DNA from: Nageia nagi | Taxonomy: Eukaryota; Plantae; Pinophyta | DNA: 64,000 nt | Direction of reading: 5' to 3' | NCBI GenBank assembly: GCA_050084985.1 | Contig: JBITNC010000001.1 | Coordinates: forward strand, 153,822,001 to 153,886,000 | Shown here: positions 13,116 through 25,898 of the stretch, in pieces | Position numbering within the stretch: position 1 is the stretch's first letter | Layout of the letters: every line of letters begins with the position of its first letter | Notes under the pieces: model-generated | The model's database searches: none | Seen by the model: the letters and a program-made list of their open reading frames with translations, nothing else | Told to the model about the DNA's origin: nothing | Translations under genes and position numbers: made by a program

Positions 13116-16100
13116 CTCTCCCTTAATGCAATATTGGATAGAGTGAAGAAGAGAGAGTAAGAGAGTTCTCCTCCATATAGATACAATTAGAGATGAAAAA
13201 TTTTATGTATTTGTGAAGTAAGCAAGATCTTAGTTTGAGATTCACTGCTTTATAATTCTAACAAATAGTTTATAATACTTGAGAATAAGATCTTTTATTT
13301 TTGCAACATACCTCAAGTTTTTCTTAACATCATTGAGGTGCTCAACATATGGTTTCTACATGAACTGTTCCATCATATTACTACAAAGGTAATACCTATC
13401 TTGGAAATAGTTAAATAAAGAATATTTTCAATTAACTACTTGTACATTGTAGCATCTGCCAACTGAGAGTTATAGCTAAGAGACAAAGTGATTCTATGAG
13501 AGAAAGGGATCACTGAAGATTTGCACTCCTCCATTTCAAACTTTTGCAAGATGTCTAATATATACATAGATTGGCTAAGATAAGTACAATCCTTGTATTG
13601 GTATACTTGCATTCTAAGTAGTAGTGCAAGAGACCAAGATAAATCATTTCAAATATTGTTTTGAGTTTGGATATGTACTCTTGAATGATTTCATCAATAT
13701 TTCTAGTTTTTAGAATATGATCCATATAAAGGAGAATAAAGACCATGTCTTTTCCCTAATTGAGCACATATAGATCAAATTCAAAGAAGCACTTGGAAAA
13801 TTCAATATCTTCAAAGTATCCTAAAATATTCTTGTACCAAGCTTTAGGTGCTTTCTTAAGTTCATATAATGAATTCTTTAGCTTGCATACAAATTAATCT
13901 TTCTCTTCACAACAAACCCTTTTGGTTAATTTATGTATATTTTCACATCAAAGTCATCATTGAGAAATATACCCTTGACGTTAACTTGAAAAACTTTCTA
14001 TCCTTGAATTGTTGAAAGAGAAAGGATTTCCCTAATAATGGGTATATTTGCTATGGGAGTAAAAATTTCTTCATAATCAACTCTGTATTTTTGAGCTAAA
14101 CCTTTGGCCATTAACCTTACTTTATATTTCTCAATATCTTCAACTAAATTATACTTGACCTTGTAGATCCACTTATTACCAATCACATTCCTCTCATTGG
14201 ATAAGGAACCAAGTCCTAATTTTTATTTTTATATGATATCATACTCCACTTTCATGATTATATTCAACACTCATACTTTGAAGCTTCTTTGAATGATGAA
14301 GGCTCATTTTTGTTATAAATTTTAGAATAAGTATTTATTCAAGATCATATTTCTTGTTATCCTTTGAGTTGGAGAATTTTGCTCCTGAGGTGACTTATCT
14401 ACATAGATTCCAACCAATTAGGTGTAACTGAAGAGTCATCTAAATCATCATCATCCTCATTGGAAGTAGATTCCTCAAAATTTCATTGAAACTTTACATC
14501 CTTGAAGAAACACTGCTATGTAGGATGGAGAAAAGAGTCTATAGCCACTATGCTGACTTTCATATCCAATAAAGATGCATTTTTTATCTTTTTTCTAACT
14601 TTTTTCTTTTTTCAAAAATAATGTAGGAGAATGCTTCACAACCTAACACCCTAAGGTGAAAAATGTTAGGTTTATTTCTTTCCATGTCTTAAAAGGAGTT
14701 TTACCTTCAATGAACTTTTTGGAAAACTATTAAAGGGGTAAATGATGGTCATCATAACTTCACCGCATAGGAATATTTTTCAATATGCATTATCTACTCC
14801 ATAATTATTCTATTTTTCTTCTAAAAACACCATTTTACTAAAGGAGTGTAAGGAACATAAATTACCTCTTGATTTTGTACTTGTTACAATAGTCATTAAA
14901 TCATTGCTATTGTATTCACCTCCATTATTATTTAGTATCTTAATTTTAAGTTTAATTAATTTTCAACTAAGGCCTTGAAATCTTGAATTTACAAGTTTGA
15001 TCCTTATGCTCAAGCAAATAACCAAATGTCATCCTAATGAATTCATTAATGAAGGTCAAGACATAAATGCTCCTCCAAGTGACTTGTCTAAAATAAACCA
15101 TTAAATTTGAATTCACAATCTAAAGAGGTTGGTTTCCTTGTTGCCTTATTTTTTTCAAATTTTGTCTATTCATCTTTCCTAGAATGCACTTCTCACATAA
15201 ACCAATTGTGGGTGAAATCAAAAGCAAACCTTCACAAGTTCATGTTTTCATGAATTGAATACTTTTGTGGTTAAGGTTTCTAAACTTGGTGCTAAATATT
15301 ACCCCTAGAGCATATATTTGTAGCAAGACACATCTTTGTTGGAAACTTGATCCATAATGTAGAGATCATCATTCATTAATACTTTCACAAGATGGAAATC
15401 CTTTCTTAATGCACCAAGAGTGTGAGTTGAACTCAAATGAGTTATCCTTTCTTTGCAACTTAAAATTATGGAAAGAAGTTCATTAAGCACATAGAGCACA
15501 TTTCAAGAACCCTTTCGTGAATCAACACACTACCAATCCCTTATATTTCAAGGATTGAATTATCACCTATCAATTGTATCCTTTTTATACTTATGAAAAA
15601 TTTTAAACTTATCATTTTTAAAGCATAGGTGATTAAAGCATCTAGATTCAATAATCCAATCAATCAAGAAATGCGATTCATGGAGTAAAGAGTAAAAATA
15701 AAATTAAAGATTTAATATTCTTCTTTCTTTTGAAGTTCTTCACATTTTCATTTCTTTTGTTCTTTTCTTCTTGTAGCAATTAAATTCTTTATGACCTATA
15801 ACCACTTACAAAAGTTAAATTTTATCAAATTTTGCCTTGGATTTAGTTTTTTTTCTTTACCTTTTCTATCTCTCTACTTGTAGTTGATTGTTGTCATCCT
15901 TTTTCTCAAACTTCTTGGAGGTAGTAGGAAAAAGATTTTTTTATGCTTGAACTTCTTATTAAAGATTTTTGGTTTCTTCTAAAGCAATTATTTTTCTTTG
16001 GAGTAGAGATCAACACCTTTTTTGTTAAGAGTTTTCTCTGCTTCAATAGCTTGAAAGGTTCTTGAAGAGAATATTTCTTCTTTCATATCAAGCCTAGTCT

Positions 16101-19100
16101 CAATAACTTTCACAAAGTTATTAAACTTTGAAAAAATTGCTTTACAAAATAATGAAAGACAATGAACTCATCATTGATCCAATTATAGCCACAACCAACA
16201 TGTTGGGTCCTAAGGTCAATGATTTTATTCAAATAATGGCAACATTTTTTTTCCTTTCTTAATGATTTGAAGCAAATTTTGAAGAATGATGAACCTTCTT
16301 GAAAATTTGGATCCTAGGTAGATTTGTTCAACCTATCCCAAGTTTTCTTTGAAGAGTTGATGAAAAATCATAAGCAGCACTTTGTTTGAAAATTATACAG
16401 CAAATCATAAAGGTTCCAACTCATTCTTTGTGTTGTAATCCTCAAATGTCTTCTCATCTATGAGCAACTAGATTCTTCACTAACTATTTGCTATAGTTTC
16501 CTTTTTATAATTCAACTTTCATTTGAGATTCTTAAATACCATAGTTGGAACTATCAAGAATGTGCTTGGGTAAGAAGGTGTCTCCATTTTCTATATAATA
16601 ATATGAAAGTGCTAACCAATATAAGCATGTGAACAAATTAATAACTTTTCATGTTGAGTTTAATCATTCACACATGTTTGGTTTTATTCAAATTTAATTA
16701 ACCATACATGTACATGATAAATTTTGATCAAGGATAAAAAAAACATGCTTAACTTATTTAATAAAATTCATAAGTGCAAATTTTTATAGTCCCATATATC
16801 TAACATTTTATCATCACCAAGTACCATTGTTGTAGAGAGGGATAAAGTTGAGGTTTGTTTTCTTATCTAAATTAGGCCTTCCACCTGATGCTACAAGTTG
16901 GAGCCCAAGTCCTATAATCCTCAACTAGTTTACCTTAGTCATAATAAACTCTTACAAGGAGAGTACTAATTATTTTTAAGGTTGTGATGTATGTTGGATT
17001 GGCAAATTATTATCTTGATTAGGTTTCAAGTTTTTCTCTAAGTTATCAGATAATCCATGAATAGACATGCAAAGATGTGGTATCACTACACACATGCTGT
17101 TCATCTATATGGAGTTATGTCCATACCAACAAAGGACTTAGGGGTAATAAGAAGTAGAGATTTTCACCATTTGGATCATCGAATCTGAAGGCTCCAATTT
17201 ACCTTGTTCTCATCTTATGTCTCCCCAAACAAGTCATGTTATAGAATATACAAGTAGATGTGTTTATTTTAGAGGGTGCATTTTCAATGTTTACAATTTT
17301 AAAAAGTAAATCCATGTGCATACATAAACTAAAGTGAATAAAAAATGATATATCATCCAAAATTAAATTGAAATCTAAATCAATGTTTGTATCTCCCAAC
17401 CTCTTTACATAAGTTTCATAATTTTGCACAAGATCATCATAACTTTGCATAAGTTCACTATTTTTGATTAAAATAATTCCCTCTTATTTGCTTCAAAAAA
17501 CTTGAACTTTGAAAAAAAATTCCAATCATGTACTTAAATTTTCTCATTTGTAATTTTACCACTTAAGGAAAATAAATATTGCCACAATTTTACCCAACAA
17601 ACATTCATCCCCTTAAAGTTACTTAGGTAAAAGAAAATACTTGCAATTTTTTCTTAAAAAAATGAGCACTAAGGAAAAAATGTTACCCCCAAAATTTTAC
17701 TTTAGTATATGAAAGTGTTAAAAACAATATATTCCTTTTCCTCTAACACTTAAAAATTGCCACAAAAAATAAATTATTCATCTTTCTTTAACAATTTTAC
17801 CTTTAAAATAATGGCACATTTTACCATAGCAAATATTAATCATCATCTTTTTGCAATTTTACCTTAAAGACAACAAAAAATTTAATTCTAAAGGAAAAAC
17901 AAAATGCCTTTATTAAGCATAATAATATCCCTTTTATATTCCTTAATTTATCCCCCCTTTTTTTGGAATGAGATTAAAAAAATCCCAAGGAAATATTGCC
18001 TTCCTATTTTAGGAGAAATGCCTAATTTAAAATATTATCTTCCCTCCCCCTTTTTTTGAAAAGGTAAAGAAAAATATAAGTACTCCCCCTTTAATGAGAA
18101 AAAAAAACTCATCATTAAATTCACTAAATTCAAGGCATTAAATGTTGCAAGGCATTAAATGCAAAAAGAAACCCCATACTCCATGTCACTCAAAAAGTTC
18201 ATTAATGCTCTATTGGGTCAATGACAACTTAAAACAAATTATTATGCAAGCAACTCTAAAAAATTATCAAGCAAGCAAATAATAATAATAATAATAATAA
18301 TTTACTTTTTAAAATAAAAATAAAAAAATCAAAAGAGGAAGGAGGTGGCTTGTGCCATCTATTTGAACCTTTGTTAATATATTACAGGGGGTTCCACCAC
18401 TCGATCGTGCACAGTGAGGAGCAAGATGGACTAGGGTGGGTATTAGCATGAGGTATGGGTGGCATCATGGGTGGCACATGAGGCACTAAACCATTTACCC
18501 ATTATTTTGGACTACGTTGATCTAAAATGAGATGAAGTAACAAGGAGGCTTAGAGGTTCGGAGGTGCGATTATTACATCCATTGGACTTTGGATTAAAGT
18601 CTTTACAAGATCTATTGATATTTACTAAGTATAATAGAATCAATTTTATATGCATGTTAAATAATTTCAAACATACAGTGATAGATTTAAACTTCTATTT
18701 TTATGCCTGGTGAGTGTGAGATTAGACGTGAAGCTAATGAGGGCTAGTGGAGGGGGCCTACAAGCACTCTAGCTCTATGGTACGATGGGGTTTGTGAATA
18801 TTCTGATAGAGGAAAAAATGGGAGCAAGGAATCACGTGCACTAGGGGCGAGAGCCATTTGGGCAATGCACGTGTTGGGAGAGTTGATGCTCCCCATGGTA
18901 TGGTGCATAGAGGCAGAGTGAAGTAGGGGTCTCCCCTCCTAGTGGAGAGCATCAATCCAACAGATGGGTGGTGATGGGGATTGGCAAGGTTGGGAGTTGA
19001 TCAACCAGCAGTTGGTTGGCCTCCCCTTTTTTCAAATAAATTATTTATTATTATTTAAAAAAGGAGAAAACCCTTTATATATATCTATGTCCCCCTCTAA

Positions 19101-19542
19101 AAATATAATAATCCATTTTTTATATACAAAATATAACTATTTTGTAAAAATAATAAAACAATTTGCAAATTTTTTAAAATTTCTACATTAGATATTTTAG
19201 GGTAAAAGAATTTTGCAAAATTGAACAATAAATAACAATATAGTGTTGCTATATTTTTAGCAACTTTTTACCAAAAAAATGTAATTAATATGAGGGTTAG
19301 TATGTAATAAATTATAACAATAATATATTGTTATATTAAGCAATTTGCTTAAACAAGGCAACTAAAAAATAAATGTTAGTATTAAAAAAATGTGATAATC
19401 CAAAACAAAAAATAAAGGAGGAGGAGGTTATACCTTCTCTTGAGTTTACCTCACAAGAATGAAGGTGGACCTCCAAAAATGAAGAAAGATGAAGTCTTCA
19501 AGAATGTTGAAGAGGAGCCTCCAAGATGGCTCTGATACCAAA

Positions 19543-20054
19543 TTAAGAATTTAATACTTAAAGAACACAATCTTACTCTACTAAGATCACTTCAAAGCTC
19601 ACTCTAGCATTAATACTCAAAGCATAAACACAATAGTCAATCTCACGAATTTGACTTGCATATAAAGTGGTTCCTCTCATACAAGAGAGTACATCCACTA
19701 ACTAAGATCTTTCTCATTCACAAAGACAACTCTCTTATAAGACCTCTTTCTTCCTCTCCTAACACTAAACCTAGAGTAGAACTTTTCTTCAAGTTTTTGG
19801 TGTGTGATCACAAGGAGAGAGCCTTCTATTTATAAGCTAAAATCCTTCCTTGGATCACCCTCTTAACAATTATACAATGACATGACATGCTTCACCCTTT
19901 TACCTAAGAGGCATGCTCATAAGAAGGAGTGTAGGATAAGTTACATTATCATATTGACTTAAATACTTAAGGTATCTAGAGATACCTTTAAGTATTGGTG
20001 AATTTACAAGAAGACCCTTGAAAAATTTACAATAATGCATTATACATTCCAACA
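19543..20054 (-). repeat. 5' LTR of the Copia element
   Basis: Aligns with 12606-13115; adjacent to the iMet PBS. Confidence 0.9.
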
Positions 20055-22118
20055 AAATATCCTCATTCCATATTGTATTCTACAGCCTCCCCTATGGAAG
20101 AAAGTCTTTGAAGGGTTTAGACCTTCACATGATTCTTATTGCTCAAGTCGCTATTAAGAATTTTTAGTTCATTTGTTGCAAACATATCTGGAAGGCATGG
20201 GAAGCTTCAAACCTTGGCTTTATTGGAAAATGGAATGCAAAATTCATCAAGGCCCTCCTTCTCTTCCCTGAATATTTGGTGGTCTCTTGTTCTTAAATTT
20301 GATGTTTTACCTTTGGTAAGTGTTCAGTGGGTTAGAGCCCTTCCCTTTCAAAAGAAGGGAATTGACTCTCTTAATGCAATTTTTTTATTCTCAAACCAAG
20401 CATTGGTTTCCTTGGGACAAATTTCATAAAACTTTTAATTTGCAAGAGGATGATAATCCACTTTTGATGTAGTTTTTGATAAAATCCCCTTTTCCATTTA
20501 GAGAAAGTTTGGGAAAATATTTTAGAGGCCTTGGTGGGATGAATGGTGTTGGCCTAAGAACACTCATTTGTAAAAATTTAAATCCAAGTAAGGCTATCTT
20601 CCGATGTCACCTAATGTCCCCATGTTTGAGTGATTAAACAATAGATGGGATCTTCTTTCTACCCATTCTATATGGAGATTAAGATTTTCTGTAATCTGGG
20701 CTTGATATATTGATCCTAAGCAAAAGTTTTTAGCTTGAAGTTTGTTACATCAAGGTTTTCCTATTGGACACAATTACAACACTTAGGGGTGGAAAATTCA
20801 ATTTGTGCTTTCTATGGGGAACTCGATAGTTTTTTCCATGTTTTTTGGTCATGTTCCAAAGCATTAGCTGCTTGGAGTTGGATTTTATCCCTTTTTAACC
20901 TATTTTGGTCACTCCTTACTCTTGGGTTCATGCATTATTAGGGGACCCTTTCCAATTTTATGAACCTTTAGGGGAAGTCTGGTACATTTTTCGACTCAGT
21001 ATTTTATAACATCTATGGAAAGTCAAGAAGATATTATTTTTCATGATAGGAAGATTCTTCTTTCTTTTATTTAAATGAGAAATATGCTATTTTTTATTAA
21101 TACTGGTTGAACATAATTATTCAAGTGGAGAAAGTGAATGTGGAGGTTCAACATCTAACGAAACTTACTTGATTATTGGGGAATGCACCCTGCTCCATCA
21201 ACAGGGTCCCCTCGAAAGGTGGCCCTCAACGTCATTCTCTATCTCATGGGCATTCTTCTCATACCAGATGCTTCTTTTACGGGTGTTATTCTATTAGACC
21301 TCCATAGAGCCGTCACTAGTCTTAGCCTCCTCTAAATCCCAACCGAAGTCATCTTATGGAGTCGGTTTCTCCTCACCCCTAGAGTGGTTAGGATGTTTTG
21401 CCCACCACCTTCTCATCCAATTGGTTGGGGTGATGTGGGCACGTCCTTTGTGATATGGAAGGATGTTGTTAATGGTGTGTTATTAAGGTAGAACATAATG
21501 AGGATCATAATGATTCAAATGATGATGGATGGCATGCACCGAGCCCTTGCAACCAAGGTTGAGAATATCTAGGCGATGTGGAAAACATTTGCCTACCCTA
21601 ATCATCTGCCTAATTTAGTGTTTGATGTGATAATGATTAGCTACCATGTGTTTTTCGGTACCGTTATGTTTTGTTCTAGTATTTTATTTGTGCTGTTGTT
21701 CAAGCGTTTTTTGTGCTATTGTATAGTTGTCCCATTTCCTAACTCGAATTAATTGGAAGGGTAATATTTTTCAATTCTGTTTGATCATGGGGTGTACTTA
21801 ATTTCCACTTGCTCTATGAAATAAATTTTAATATAATACTAAGGTCTTTTTCATCAAAAAAAAATCTACAATCATAAAATATTTCTAATTAAATATTTTA
21901 TATTGTTATTCTTTAAATAAAATCTATAATCATAAATTTCTACTTAAATATTATATTATAATTCTATAAAAAAATCTACAATCATAAATTACTTCTACTA
22001 TATATTTTATTTTGAAAATCTTTGATGATTATGAGATGTTGCAAACTCAAATATGGTAATGTACTAAATTATTTTCTTTCTCTAAATATTTAGTGCTTGC
22101 AAATATCCAATTGATTAC

Positions 22119-23130
22119 CGTATGCAATCTCTACTCTAAGTTTATTAACATTCAGCCAATTTCAGCCAGCACTATTACAATAGCTTCAACTGAAACTATG
22201 CTCATGTATACAAGTAATTACAAGCATCATAAAGGATTCTAAATATTTCCTTGAGGTCTCCCATGAAGGTCGTTATGCATATCTACAATGCTTTTATGTT
22301 TTACAGCATATAGCACAGGAAGATTGACACTCGTACAAGCTCACGCCTTAGGAATCATTCAACGCTTACCTCAATACTGCAAATATTAAATGCAGAACTA
22401 AATAACAAAACTTTGGCTCTTTGCTCAAAACATATACTACACCGATTTAAAACATGAAATGGATTCGCATATGCTCAACGAAATTTCCAGAAAGTCCAAC
22501 AAAAGCAGAGCTTCTAATAATAAAATATGCATACGCGTTATAGTAAGCATGAACATATCTGAGAGAAAATAGACCATATAAATGCGAATGGGCAATATTA
22601 ATTCTCCCCTTTGAATTCTAGCATGCAAACTTGCTTATACTATGAATACGTATACAGATTTATTCCATGTATACGCAACAATTTATGAATAAGCAAACCG
22701 ATAATGCTTTATGTGCATTTTGATGCAAACCCAACGTGTAATATCATGTGTAAGTTTCGTATGTACTCCTACAACCCTAAGGCCATGCATGCTCACTCTT
22801 ATTCACCCATCATTCAACAATGCATCAACAGGGGCATATACACCCAAGTTGCCATTATTTCATAATTATAAGTGGAATGAGAATTCTTAGACTACCCAGA
22901 AAATTACGTGCAATCTTACATGTACCACAAAGAATGAAGCAAGCAAAGGGATGAGATTTACCTCCTGTTTGCAATGAATTCACAGATTGCTTCATTCCCT
23001 GCCATCGAAACATTCTTCCATGCTATGGTACGCTTGGGCAGTGGCCTCGTGATCATCCAATGAGAGGTGACGGTGCTGTCAAAAAACCATTCCTTGACAA
23101 TTAATTGCCACCATTGGAGATTCAGGTTCT
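22119..23130 (-). other. Candidate spliced non-TE transcript (lncRNA or small-ORF gene): exons about 22962-23130, 22370-22376 and 22119-22189
   Basis: Minus-strand donors GAG|GTAAAT (22961), GAG|GTAAGC (22369) and ACG|GTAATC (22118); acceptors TTTGCAG (22377) and TTTCAG (22190); CpG-retaining composition; no recognisable protein. Confidence 0.3.
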
Positions 23131-24175
23131 TAATATATTTTATTTATTTCAAGATGTTGGGCACACATCTCCCATATTTATTTAGGATTCCAAAAAATCA
23201 ATTTGGCCAAAACCATTTTAATAAAATCATTTAAATATTCTTCACTAAATGGGAATACTTTATATGATAAAATATTCCCTTTTATTCATTCTAATTATTT
23301 CAAACTAAATAATAAAAATAAAATATTCTTTATATTTATTTGAGACATTCCAAATAACTTTTTTAATTGTTTCATTATAATTAATAACATTTCCACACAT
23401 GTACATGTATATTTTAATTATTGTTTATATAATTAAGGTTCATATCTTTAATTATATTAATCAAACCATGCAATAATAAATATATATAATATGAGTAAAT
23501 GTTGTTTAATTTTTATTTAAGATTCAATTTAATTATTTACTTTTAACTAATTTTCCTATAATTCATAGTCATGAGAACAATAAAATTAGAATAATTTCAA
23601 AAGAAATTATGCCATATTTACTTATAGAACTTTAATATTCTTCTTTAACTCAAGATATTCATATTTGTCATCAACACATACCATGCACTATATGCATTTT
23701 TAGTAATGCTATTCATGTATGATAAGGAGTTTATAGTCATTGACAATTCACATTATCATACACATAGTGGTCATAATACAAATTATGATGTATTTCATAA
23801 AGATTATAAAAAATGCACCTGATATAATGCATATATTAATCCCATGGTTAATGCTAAATAAGTTTTTAAACTAGCTTAGAAAATTAAAGTGTTACAACAC
23901 TAATTTAAATTTAAATTTTTTAGAAATTTAAATATAAAATCCTATTAATTTTGAATTTTAAAATCTTTAAAAAAATTGTAATAGAGGTGGAGAAAGGTTA
24001 TCTTCACAATAATTTTACTTTCAGGTTTTTCATGGATTTATTACTAGCTATTTTGAAGAAAAATCATTATTTGGATTCACTCATATTTTTAAGATTTCTT
24101 ACTACTTTTGGAGCTTTGTTTAGATTACTGCAAATTCTTCTTCATCTCTTTACTTCATTAATACTAAGTAAAATC

Positions 24176-24179
<4 letters not shown>

Positions 24180-24206
<27 letters not shown>

Positions 24207-24230
24207 TTTATATATATATATATATATATA
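24180..24230. repeat. Interrupted (TA)n microsatellite
   Basis: Directly visible. Confidence 0.9.
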
Positions 24231-25599
24231 TTTCATTTAGTAATGTACTATTTTGATGGGAGAAGCAGTATTGAGTAATGTGTAAAAATGGGTAATGGGT
24301 TGATTCCATACTAGGTTAATAGGTAGTAAGTCTATCCTTTCAATACATTACTCATGAAAATTGAAGGAATTATGTTATAAATAATGTTATTTTGATTACT
24401 TTTTATGATTGTATAAATATAGTATGAAGAATTACTAGGATTCCTTTTTATCTCATTTTAAAGTTCTTGGTTTTGTTCATTTGAGCAATATTGCACTTGT
24501 GGGTAATATTGAAGTTAGAATAACTAGTTATTCTTTATGGTTTTGAAATGAATAAGTTGTTAATAGTTTTAAAGTTTTTTATGTCTATTAAAATTATATA
24601 GAATGAGTAGGGAAGATATAGAATGAAAATAAGAACTAAAAACAAAAACAAAGTCATGTACAATTAAAAGTATTATGAAAAAAGAGAATTACGTTAAACA
24701 TCAATTAAACAACTATTTTTATAATTTAATTAACATAAACAATAACATCATAACTACCATCCATCATATTTTGGAGAAATTCCAACATATTTCATCCATG
24801 AGGACTCCACTTACTCCTTCATGATCCTTTTATATATTTTATTTTTTAATAAATTTTTTAAATATAATACATGTGTTTTAAAAATGAAATGAAAAACATA
24901 TTAACTTTTAATTTAGATGTATATTAAGATGAAAAATAGATTATGTTAATATAATTAAAGGAAAAAGTAAAAATCTAAATTTAAATTGATAATGTTGATA
25001 GTACATTTTTTTATAAAATCTAAATTCTATATAATGGTCATGTGTTGACCTTGCTTGATTTGTGTCCCTGTTCCATTCTCAATATGAAACATACATGTTA
25101 TGTAATGACCTACTACAGTTGTGCATCTCAAAGATCAATTGATCTCATGTGAACACTAAAATAATTTACCTTTACCTTTAGTTTATATAATAATTTATAT
25201 TATTTTTTAATAATAATATTTAATTTTTTAATCCTAAATTTATTGATAATTTTTTTTTCCAATTTAATACTTTTATAATAAAAATTATAATAAAAAACCA
25301 TTAACATAAAAAAAAATTGAATAGAAAAATGAGATAAAAAAAGTTAATATTAATTAAAATATTATATTAATGGCCGTGATGGCTCGTGGGATATTAATGG
25401 GGAGGACATATTCTGATAACATTGGCCGGCATTATGATACTCCTCCCAATGTCAGTGAATAAATAATATTAAATTTGAGTTCTAAAAATTAAATTAAAAC
25501 TTAATTTGAAAGGAAATATTTTTCTTAAGAAGCTTTACTTACCAAAAAAATATTTTGGAAATATTTTTTAAGACAGGCCAGAAATATTTTGGACGTATT

Positions 25600-25898
25600 A
25601 AATGCCGACGGCCCGAAATATAAAAAATAAAGTAGAGGACGTAGAGTCGGTGGAATGGCAGCTTTTATCCATTTAAAAACAAAGTCCTTTCCAGCCATGC
25701 AGTGAACGTGTTGTGTTTTTAAATATTTAGTACAGATCGAAATGATTTGTATTGCGACCCAAATCTCCGTTTTGTCTTTTTAAATATTTAGTACAGATCG
25801 ACATGATTTCCGTGATTTACATAGCACATATTCCGGTAAGAAGAGTATAAATCCCTAATTTGTTTGCAGCAGAGGAAGCAATCTCCGATCCAAATACC
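25600..25898 (+). promoter_or_regulatory. Proximal promoter of the P450 gene
   Basis: TATAAAT at 25846-25852, about 50 bp before the ATG; DRE/CRT cores GCCGAC (25604-25609) and GTCGGT (25646-25651); T/G-box AACGTG (25705-25710); 38-bp direct repeat at 25711-25748 and 25772-25809. Confidence 0.6.

Larger units (their letters stand above)
12606..20054 (-). mobile_element. Ty1/Copia LTR retrotransposon with both LTRs, degenerate; RNase H apparently missing
   Basis: LTRs at 12606-13115 and 19543-20054; PBS TGGTATCAGAGCCA (tRNA-iMet) at 19527-19540; PPT AAGGGAGAG at 13116-13124; TSD AAAGA/AAATA (one mismatch). Minus-strand gag (about 16590-15750), protease (DWIIESRCFNHL), integrase (about 15300-14550) and RT (IGNKWIYKVKYN..KYKVRLMAKG..Q..VDYEEIFTP; ILLYMDHIL). 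Confidence 0.93.
8540..21863 (+). mobile_element. Near full-length L1-clade LINE (degenerate), interrupted by a Copia insertion at 12606-20054
   Basis: ORF1 (about 8648-9400) has DUF4283-like motifs (LHSWISQVWSPYG, PMWVEFP, SRVCIKVDLTKDL) and a zinc-knuckle remnant. ORF2 has an APE endonuclease (IINIYASNN, GDLNMVE, LSNH), RT (KIEFEKAYERIEW, QGFPLAPSLF, HFADD), and after the Copia a zf-RVT (CAFYGELDSFFHVFWSC). AATAAA at about 21819 and A-tail at 21856-21863. The 5' start is approximate. Confidence 0.88.

Noticed and set aside
22556-22580. GAGAGAAAAT core reminiscent of conifer miR1312
   Set aside because: Only about 10 nt match and no convincing complementary star arm.
25860-25898. ORF-track start at TTG 25860 and the 345-aa product ending at 26897
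   Set aside because: Eukaryotic gene: the TATA box at 25846 puts the start at ATG 25899 or later, and the frame is spliced at 26825/26826.
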